A stretch of 64,000 nt of DNA, from positions 26,046-90,045 of the forward strand of contig CAZGYV010000002.1 in NCBI GenBank assembly GCA_964530725.1, written 5' to 3'. Under the pieces are notes generated by a model. That model saw nothing but the letters and a program-made list of their open reading frames with translations. It made no database searches and was not told the origin of the DNA. This document shows positions 57,318-64,000 of this stretch, piece after piece (the first letter of the stretch is position 1; every line of letters begins with the position of its first letter). A program made the translations under genes and the position numbers. This stretch comes from an uncultured Candidatus Saccharibacteria bacterium (GTDB taxonomy: Bacteria > Patescibacteriota > Saccharimonadia > CAILAD01 > CAZGYV01).

Positions 57318-57572
57318 GCGTCGAGAATGGCTTCAACTTTCAGCTAATCGCTCAAACGCGATTCGTCTTCAGTTTTCGCCAAACCTCTCCTTTTCAAACC
57401 AACAAACGGCTTCGCCTGGTTTGTTAGTTTGGGTTTTATTTTAACATTATCAAATTAAAAGATTACTTTTTATTAGAAGCCCTGTCTCGCGCTCGCCCCA
57501 ACTACTCATCCCTCCTGTTATGAGATACCGGACAAGATACAGTTATACCAGACCGCGAACCAAAAAACAAGC

Positions 57573-57797
57573 TTACTTCTTGCTCAGTAATAGGATAAAC
57601 ACCAGAGCCGCGAGATTAAGTACCAGGGTGATGCCAAATACCCAACCCATCGTGACCACAATATCGAGCGAGCCGCCGCAAAGCGAACTACAACCGACTT
57701 GTGACTTGGCCAAAAGATAGCCGCCCACCGCCAGCTCAATCACAACGGCCACTACCATGGCAATCGTTAGCCAGCCAAACATTTGTCTTCTCGTCAC
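57573..57797 (-). CDS. small two-TM hypothetical protein
   Basis: SD GGAGGGG; CSSLC loop between two TM helices. Confidence 0.65.
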   Translation of the reverse strand: MTRRQMFGWLTIAMVVAVVIELAVGGYLLAKSQVGCSSLCGGSLDIVVTMGWVFGITLVLNLAALVFILLLSKK

Positions 57798-57815
57798 TAC
57801 CCCTCCTCGCCCTTG

Positions 57816-58871
57816 CTAACCCAGCTCTTGTTTAAATTTCTCAACCAGCTCGACTGGCGTCGGATCGACCCCATTAAGGATGCCCAGATAAGCCGACACG
57901 TAATCACCCAGCAACACGGTATACAATAATTGTTCCAGGTGAGTCCGACCCTCGGCGCGCACTATGATCGGCTCAAAACCGCACTTGGCCAAAACCTGCC
58001 TCGTAATTAGCTGGCGCTTCTGGACCCGCTCGCTATCCAAATTCGATTCCAGCTGCACGCAAATCAATTCTTTTTCATCCGGCAGCGGCCAGCCTTGCAT
58101 TTCATTGTGATTAAGCTCGGGATAAGTATTCCAAAACGCTAGCTGCTTGGCATTTTCATTGATATCAATTTTCCATTTATAGGCGGCTGAGCGCAAGCGT
58201 GGCCCAGCGTAAATTAGGACTGGTTTGCCGTGCAATTTAACCGCCAATTCGCGGGCCAGATTGTCATGAGTATCATCGAGCGATAAGGCACCCTTGGCGG
58301 TGTTTAAGAAATTACCGGCCTCCAGCAGTTCGCGCTCCAGGTCAACTCCCTCGCTCAAGCCCAAGTCCGCCATCAAGCACGCCAGAGCTTTTAGGCCTGC
58401 AAATACGCTCAAGCGTGGCTGACTCACCTTAGGAAGTTTTAGGGTGATGTATTTTTTAGCTTGGGCGATTTCGAGCAATTCGCCACCGGCCGTCAGGACC
58501 ACTATGCGGCAGCCCATTTTCTCAGCGCTTCTGAGTGCAGCCAGAGCTTCTTCGGTATTACCGGAGTAGCTGGAAATAATAGCCAGGGTGCGGCCATCGA
58601 TGTAGCCTGGCAGGCTATAGTCACGGGCGATCTCAAATGGCAGCCTCAATCTCTCGTGCAGCCAATCGCGCAACAATTCGCACGCCAGCGCCGAGCCGCC
58701 CATGCCGGCATAGACGATGTTCTCAATCCCCTCGCCCATCTCACGAGTTAAAGCCTGGCTCATCTCATCACCAAAGCTTAAGGCTAAATGATCAGGCTGA
58801 GCGTCAATCGCGTCGAAAATATGATGGCGGTCTAGCTCTGATAGTTTGGCGAACAAATCATTTTTTGTCAT
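57816..58871 (-). CDS. bifunctional phosphoglucose/phosphomannose isomerase
   Basis: GMGGS, SYSGNTEE, QPR, INENAK, PELNHNE, VDPTPV. Confidence 0.95.
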   Translation of the reverse strand: MTKNDLFAKLSELDRHHIFDAIDAQPDHLALSFGDEMSQALTREMGEGIENIVYAGMGGSALACELLRDWLHERLRLPFEIARDYSLPGYIDGRTLAIISSYSGNTEEALAALRSAEKMGCRIVVLTAGGELLEIAQAKKYITLKLPKVSQPRLSVFAGLKALACLMADLGLSEGVDLERELLEAGNFLNTAKGALSLDDTHDNLARELAVKLHGKPVLIYAGPRLRSAAYKWKIDINENAKQLAFWNTYPELNHNEMQGWPLPDEKELICVQLESNLDSERVQKRQLITRQVLAKCGFEPIIVRAEGRTHLEQLLYTVLLGDYVSAYLGILNGVDPTPVELVEKFKQELG

Positions 58872-58966
58872 GAGCCCATTATCCCTCAGAAGCAGGTAAA
58901 ATTAAACTGTTGACTTGAGAGTGCGAATATTGTAATGTTTTGTCGTTCCCCGAAAAAGGAGAGGGA

Positions 58967-59170
58967 GTGAACATCAGGGAAGTCTTGAAGAAGAAGCTCT
59001 ACCCGGTGGGAAGCACCATCAAATCACCGGCTCCACAGTCGCACGACGAAAGTCCCACCGAGGAGATCCCAGTAGGAGAATTTCACCCGCTGGCCGACGA
59101 GCTAGCCGCTGACGAAATCGTCGGCCCGCATTACGTGGCGAAGCGGATCACCTTGCCACCATGGCTGTGA
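58967..59170 (+). CDS. small hypothetical protein
   Basis: SD AAGGAG before GTG; promoter TTGACT-17-TAATGT at 58910-58938. Confidence 0.55.
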   Translation: MNIREVLKKKLYPVGSTIKSPAPQSHDESPTEEIPVGEFHPLADELAADEIVGPHYVAKRITLPPWL

Positions 59171-59319
59171 TCAAAAAGACCGCCAAGTGGGCGGCCCTGG
59201 CGGCGTTCTTTGCCGGCCTTGTATGGGTGGCCACCACTCTGCCGGATCGGCGACAGACACCGCAATCAGAGCGCGACCGGCTCTGGAATGAATTTCAGTC
59301 CCAGAGCCCCAAGCGCTAA
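59161..59319 (+). CDS. small single-TM peptide (52 aa, below the track cutoff)
   Basis: MAVIKKTAKWAALAAFFAGLVWVATTLPDRRQTPQSERDRLWNEFQSQSPKR; overlaps the previous stop; terminator follows. Confidence 0.55.
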   Translation: MAVIKKTAKWAALAAFFAGLVWVATTLPDRRQTPQSERDRLWNEFQSQSPKR

Positions 59320-59363
59320 CCCCTCCGCTGGCCGGGAGAGCACCAAGCTCTCTCGGCCTCTTT

Positions 59364-60149
59364 TTATAACAGCTTTTTGGCCAATTCAGACTGATCACGG
59401 CAACGCAGATCCCAATTGATTCTGGCTACCTCCGACCGGCCACATAAATACTTTAAAAACTTAGATACTGCTTCAACAGTCGCCTGATCACCAGTTGCAT
59501 CAGCCGCTTCCGCCTCACGCATCAGATCACGCAAGAATGCCGTCGAGACCCAATAATTTTTTGGCTCTGAATCACCGCCCATATCACCCACCCAGGCCGC
59601 AATGGTAGGTCGGTCATAAATTATCGCTTCCAAAGTACGGCGATTGCCATCTAAGAGTATGTGGCCTGTCGGAGATTTGACAAGCAAGATTGGGAATTCC
59701 CGCCTGCTAATCTTAAATCTCGCCGCCATCATATCGGCCAAATCTTTTTGTTTTTTATATTCCGCCTCACTGCTATGGATGTAGTCATACACTTGCTGAT
59801 ACGACGCCCCTTTGCCTAGTTTAGCAATAGAAGGAATACTCCAGCTCAAGGGAATATCTTTGACTGATACTTCTTGTTGACTCCACTCCACATTTTCGGC
59901 AGTGATAAAGCGAACTGGCGCTTTGAGCTTAAAGCCAGACATAATACCATGAAAGCCGTTCCAGAAATCATGTACCGGCGCTAGATCCGACCGCTTACCT
60001 TCGAACCAATCTCTGATATCCTGACCGATCCCCTGCCACTCCTTTTCGTTCAAAGATGGCGTGAGCTTGATAAACTCTTTATGCAACAACTCTGCGGCTA
60101 TTTTAATCCGGGTTTCATCATAAACATGATTTGGGTAAATTTTATCCAT
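59364..60149 (-). CDS. hypothetical protein with ParB/Srx-like motif
   Basis: PILLV...ILLDGNRR. Confidence 0.65.
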   Translation of the reverse strand: MDKIYPNHVYDETRIKIAAELLHKEFIKLTPSLNEKEWQGIGQDIRDWFEGKRSDLAPVHDFWNGFHGIMSGFKLKAPVRFITAENVEWSQQEVSVKDIPLSWSIPSIAKLGKGASYQQVYDYIHSSEAEYKKQKDLADMMAARFKISRREFPILLVKSPTGHILLDGNRRTLEAIIYDRPTIAAWVGDMGGDSEPKNYWVSTAFLRDLMREAEAADATGDQATVEAVSKFLKYLCGRSEVARINWDLRCRDQSELAKKLL

Positions 60150-60234
60150 AGCAGCATTATACTAAATATTGACTAAATAGCTGTTATTTGGTTTAATAGC
60201 GCTTGCGTTCTTCGACAAAAGGAAGGTAACCATC

Positions 60235-60987
60235 ATGTTCGACCGGCAGAAACAGCACGACCGCTTTCTGCAACGAGCTAAGAACCTGCAGACCACGACC
60301 TACAACCAGCCGCGCATCATCACTTACTACTTGCTAGCAGCAAGCCTGGCAGGCGAGCGAGGCCGAGTGGAGATCTGGCAGCAGATCGGTGTCAACCTGA
60401 CGCGTCTAGCCAAAGGCCCGCTCCAACAACCAGTTGACTGGCTGGCCCTGAGCTTCTTTCGGCGCGCCACGCGCCACGGTGACTTGCGCCAGCGCGGCGC
60501 GATCCGGCGTGATCAAGCCGAGCTTCTGAGCAAGCTTGGCCGTTTCGACGAGGCACGTGAGCACCTCCATCTCTCGGTCAAAAACTTGATCGAGGCTGAT
60601 GACAAGGACGGGCTGAATCTGACCAGGATTGTTCGCGGCGTGGTTTACTGCCGCTGGGCCAACAACCTTTCGGCTGAAACCAGTCACCGTGAACGCTTCA
60701 GCTTGCTTAGCAACGCCCACGATAGCTTGACGAGAGCCCTGTCTGAGATTCCAATTCAATCTCAGGCGATGGACCATCAGCGGCTATTGGCGCTGTTGTG
60801 GCTGGCTGATGTCTGCTTGGCTCTTTATGAGATTGAGCCGGAACACTTCTGGCTCGAAGCGACTGATGACGCGGCTCAGCAAGCCCAGTGGCTTGCCCGC
60901 GGCACAGCCGGCTCAGCGCACCACCAAGAGCGGGCTATTCGGCAGATACAAAAGGTGGCCCACTACGAGGACGCGACCTGTGGATGA
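60235..60987 (+). CDS. TPR-like helical-repeat protein
   Basis: AELL.KLGRFDEAREHL; SD AAGGAAGG; promoter TTGACT-17-TTTAAT at 60169-60197. Confidence 0.7.
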   Translation: MFDRQKQHDRFLQRAKNLQTTTYNQPRIITYYLLAASLAGERGRVEIWQQIGVNLTRLAKGPLQQPVDWLALSFFRRATRHGDLRQRGAIRRDQAELLSKLGRFDEAREHLHLSVKNLIEADDKDGLNLTRIVRGVVYCRWANNLSAETSHRERFSLLSNAHDSLTRALSEIPIQSQAMDHQRLLALLWLADVCLALYEIEPEHFWLEATDDAAQQAQWLARGTAGSAHHQERAIRQIQKVAHYEDATCG

Positions 60988-61345
60988 GCCGCCAACGCCC
61001 GAGCCGCCCGATGACGAGATTCGCGCCCTCAACCAAGAGGTGCGCGATCGGCTGCCAGCCCGACACGAGAATCTTCTCGCCCGGATTGAGCAGGCTATCA
61101 AGCAGCTAGCACGTGAAAACCCACAGATTATCGGGTGGGAACTGCCTGACTTGAAACAAGATCGGCCGGTTATTCGGTTGCGAGTCGAATCGGGTATCGA
61201 TCGCGATCTGATTCCCGATGACATTCACGGCATTCCGGTGGTGGTGACTTACCTGCATTCCACCAAGCCAAGCTTGCGGCTGGTGCGCGACAAGTATGAT
61301 AGCGACCACCCTGTATTCTATGAATCCCCGCCAGATGCGGGGTAG
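60980..61345 (+). CDS. hypothetical protein
   Basis: GTG start overlapping the upstream stop; SD GAGG. Confidence 0.6.
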   Translation: MDEPPTPEPPDDEIRALNQEVRDRLPARHENLLARIEQAIKQLARENPQIIGWELPDLKQDRPVIRLRVESGIDRDLIPDDIHGIPVVVTYLHSTKPSLRLVRDKYDSDHPVFYESPPDAG

Positions 61346-61612
61346 GTCTAGCAGGGAGCTGGATTCACCTCTAGCTCCCTGCCCTCCCACAGTGAACGAA
61401 ATTCGCTCTTTGTGGGAGGGTCAACCACCCTAGCACTTTTCTAAAAACCAAAAAAGACCGCCTTAAAACTAGGAGGTCTTTTTTTTGTTGGGTTTAATGC
61501 TGCAATGCGCGATAAGTAGCTTGCACCGACCAGAAAGTTTTATACAGACACAACCATTCGGTCGAGTTATTCATTACTTTCTTGCTATTAGTAATGAAGT
61601 TGTGCTATAGTA

Positions 61613-61876
61613 ATGAATATGAAAAACTTAATTACTATTACCAGTAAGGGTCAAACGACTATACCGGCTTCATATCGTCGTAAATTGGGCTTGAGCTCAG
61701 CAGGCGGTGCCCTGGATATACGTTTTGATGAAGCTAAAGGTGAGCTAGTGATAGCAAGGCCACTCAGTATAGATGAATTGAGCAAAAAACTAAGTGGTTA
61801 CGTAAAGCCAAGGGTAAAGCCTTTGACTGATGTTGATGCCTATTACCAGAAATACCGAGAAGACCGTAAATCATGA
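61613..61876 (+). CDS. AbrB/SpoVT-type antitoxin (VapB-like)
   Basis: TITSKGQTTIPASYRRKLGL. Confidence 0.9.
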   Translation: MNMKNLITITSKGQTTIPASYRRKLGLSSAGGALDIRFDEAKGELVIARPLSIDELSKKLSGYVKPRVKPLTDVDAYYQKYREDRKS

Positions 61877-62277
61877 AATTTAGCGGCTCACTGGATACTA
61901 ATGCGATACTGAGGCTATTAATTAACGATATACCATCCCAGCACGAGGCAGTAAAAGCATTGCTGGTTAGTGCGAATGGTCAATTCGCGGTTGCGGATAT
62001 CGCAATTATTGAGCTCGTGTTTGTGCTTGAAAGATACTATGGCTTTTCTCGACAGCAAGCAAGCGAGGCCCTTACTGGACTTATGCAACTAAAAGAAATC
62101 AACTGTAATCGCACATTATTTGAAAAAGCATTGCCAATCTACCTAAACCATTCCGCTCTATCTTTTGAAGATTGCTGCCTAAGCAATTATGCTGCGCTTA
62201 ATGGAGCTGAGCCTTTGTGGACATTTGATAAGAAACTAGCCACTCAAGCACCAAGTGCCAAGTTAATAACTACTTGA
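61873..62277 (+). CDS. PIN-domain toxin (VapC-like)
   Basis: LDTNAILR, ELVFVL, SFED, TFDKKL; ATGA overlap with the antitoxin. Confidence 0.92.
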   Translation: MKFSGSLDTNAILRLLINDIPSQHEAVKALLVSANGQFAVADIAIIELVFVLERYYGFSRQQASEALTGLMQLKEINCNRTLFEKALPIYLNHSALSFEDCCLSNYAALNGAEPLWTFDKKLATQAPSAKLITT

Positions 62278-62394
62278 ACATCTCTTACTACCATGCACGA
62301 AAGAAAACTTTGGCAACCCTCTTCGCATTTATAAATATGATGTAATCCGCCATAGAAAATAGGTGCTCACCTAAAGTGCAAAATTTACGTGCGA

Positions 62395-62432
62395 TTCAAG
62401 GAAAAGCCGAAGCCCGCAAGCGAGTCGTAGTA
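62395..62432. repeat. left-half fragment of the RPE-like element (copy F)
   Basis: 31/38 identity to 18286-18323 by manual alignment. Confidence 0.7.
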
Positions 62433-62447
62433 GAATCCCATATTCTC

Positions 62448-62571
62448 TGACTGTATTTGTACGGATGAAGTACGAGGCGCAAACGAGAAACGGAATGAGT
62501 CGTACTGTAAAACGTACGGCGAATGAGTATCGTAGTTTGTAACGAAGTAATTCGCCGTACAAATACAGTCA
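62448..62571. repeat. RPE-like palindromic element, copy D
   Basis: Perfect 17-bp terminal inverted repeat TGACTGTATTTGTACGG; central GTCGTAC/GTACGGC; ends 2 nt from the groEL stop. Confidence 0.85.
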
Positions 62572-62573
62572 AT

Positions 62574-64000
62574 CTACATCATGCCGGGCATACCGCCACC
62601 AGCCATACCACCCATCCCGCCACCTGGCATCGGCTCTTCCTTCTCGGGCAGATCAGCCACCGCTGCTTCAGTTGTCAGCAACATTGCCGCCGCGCTAGCC
62701 GCATTAGTCAGGGCACTTTTGGTAACTTTGACCGGGTCGATAATACCACGCTCGAGCATATCGGCCTGTTCGTTTTTAGCAAAATCCCAGCCCGTCTTAG
62801 CATCACCCGGCTTGGCGACAACCTCCAGAATCAGAGCGATATCGGTAATGCCGGCATTGGCCGCAATCTGTCTGAGCGGTGATTCGAGCGCTTTAGCGAC
62901 AATCTTCACGCCAATCTGCTCTTCATCATCAAGCTCCAGCTGCTCTAGCTGGCGCGCAACCTTGGCCAGAGCCGCCCCGCCGCCGGGTACGATACCCTCA
63001 GCCACGGCCGCTTTGGTCGAATTGATAGCATCTTCAATGCGCAATTTCTTCTCTTTAAGCTCCACTTCGGTCGCCGCGCCAACCTTGATCACGGCCACAC
63101 CGCTCTCGAGCTTGGCCAGACGCTCTTGCATTTTTTCGAGCTCATACTCCGAAGTAATAGCTTTCATCTGAGCCTTAATTTGACCAACCCGCTCTTTCAA
63201 CGCCGCCGCACTACCCTTGCCCTCGACAATAGTAGTGTCTTCCTTGGTGGCAATAACTTTGCGCGCTTCACCCAGCATTTCGACCGTCGCATCCTCGAGC
63301 TTTAAGCCCAGCTCCTCGGTGATCACCTGGCCGCCAGTCAAGACAGCGATGTCCTCGAGCATGGCTTTGCGGCGGTCACCAAAGGCCGGCGCTTTAACTG
63401 CCACGGCATTAAATGTACCGCGTAATTTATTTAAAACTAGTGTCGTCAGCGCCTCACCATCGACATCCTCGGCAATAATCACCAAGTCTTTCTTGCCCTC
63501 GGCCGCCATTTTCTCAAGTAGCGGCAACAGCTCTTGAATCGAGCTGATTTTTTTATCAGTGATTAAAATCGACGCGTTATCATAAACTGCCTCCATCCGA
63601 GTCGTATCGGTCACCATATATGGACTGACGTAGCCTTTATCGAGCTGCAAGCCCTCCACGATGTCCTTTTCGAGACCCAAGGTCTGGCTCTCCTCAACCG
63701 TCACGATACCATCCTCACCAACCGCTGCCATAACTTCGGCGATCAGCTTGCCAACTTCCGGGTCGTCAGCTGATATCGAAGCCACATCGGCTATCTCGTG
63801 GCCGGCCTTGACCGGTTTAGCGATTTTATCGAGTCCCTCAACTACTTTAGCGGTCGCCTTCTCAATCCCACGGCGAATCGCCATTGGATTGGCGCCAGCG
63901 GCGACATTTTTGATGCCCTCTTCGATGATAGCCTGAGCTAATACAGTTGCTGTGGTCGTGCCGTCCCCAGCCTGATCGTTGGTCTTGCTGGCCACTTCCT
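62574..64000 (-). CDS. groEL: chaperonin GroEL (5' end outside the window)
   Basis: [32 protein letters not shown] tail. Confidence 0.99.
   Translation of the reverse strand, partial: EVASKTNDQAGDGTTTATVLAQAIIEEGIKNVAAGANPMAIRRGIEKATAKVVEGLDKIAKPVKAGHEIADVASISADDPEVGKLIAEVMAAVGEDGIVTVEESQTLGLEKDIVEGLQLDKGYVSPYMVTDTTRMEAVYDNASILITDKKISSIQELLPLLEKMAAEGKKDLVIIAEDVDGEALTTLVLNKLRGTFNAVAVKAPAFGDRRKAMLEDIAVLTGGQVITEELGLKLEDATVEMLGEARKVIATKEDTTIVEGKGSAAALKERVGQIKAQMKAITSEYELEKMQERLAKLESGVAVIKVGAATEVELKEKKLRIEDAINSTKAAVAEGIVPGGGAALAKVARQLEQLELDDEEQIGVKIVAKALESPLRQIAANAGITDIALILEVVAKPGDAKTGWDFAKNEQADMLERGIIDPVKVTKSALTNAASAAAMLLTTEAAVADLPEKEEPMPGGGMGGMAGGGMPGMM

Noticed and set aside
61613-62277. vapBC as a novel defence system
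   Set aside because: Ordinary AbrB-PIN type II toxin-antitoxin pair.
1-64000. CRISPR array, cas genes, integrase, transposase, reverse transcriptase, rRNA
   Set aside because: No regularly spaced direct repeats or matching protein/RNA motifs were seen.

Overview
64 kb of a bacterial chromosome (genetic code 11). The compact housekeeping set, membrane-anchored Clp ATPase, degenerate DHH protein and many ORFans point to a Patescibacteria (CPR) genome; this is an inference. Core genes, mostly on the minus strand: ftsK (partial), rnj, family-4 UDG, pnp, rpsO, truB, rpsT, holA, mutM, polA, rpoD, dnaG, murE, dus, pgi/pmi, tRNA-Ser(GGA), groEL (partial). Many look leaderless. Between them are more than ten self-contained units, each with a TTGAC(A/T)-N16-17-TAnnnT promoter and usually an SD sequence and terminator. 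Main observations: (1) two orphan, highly base-paired non-coding transcription units of about 610 nt (11883-12491, minus) and about 505 nt (39759-40265, plus) that match no RNA class I recognise; (2) a family of ~120-bp covarying palindromic elements resembling Rickettsia palindromic elements, next to the pnp, rpsO and groEL stop codons and inserted in frame in polA; (3) a BldC-like HTH fused to an apparently intact guanylate kinase; (4) two membrane-anchored lysozyme-like+M23 hydrolases sharing a 3' double hairpin. All calls are by eye; no searches were run.
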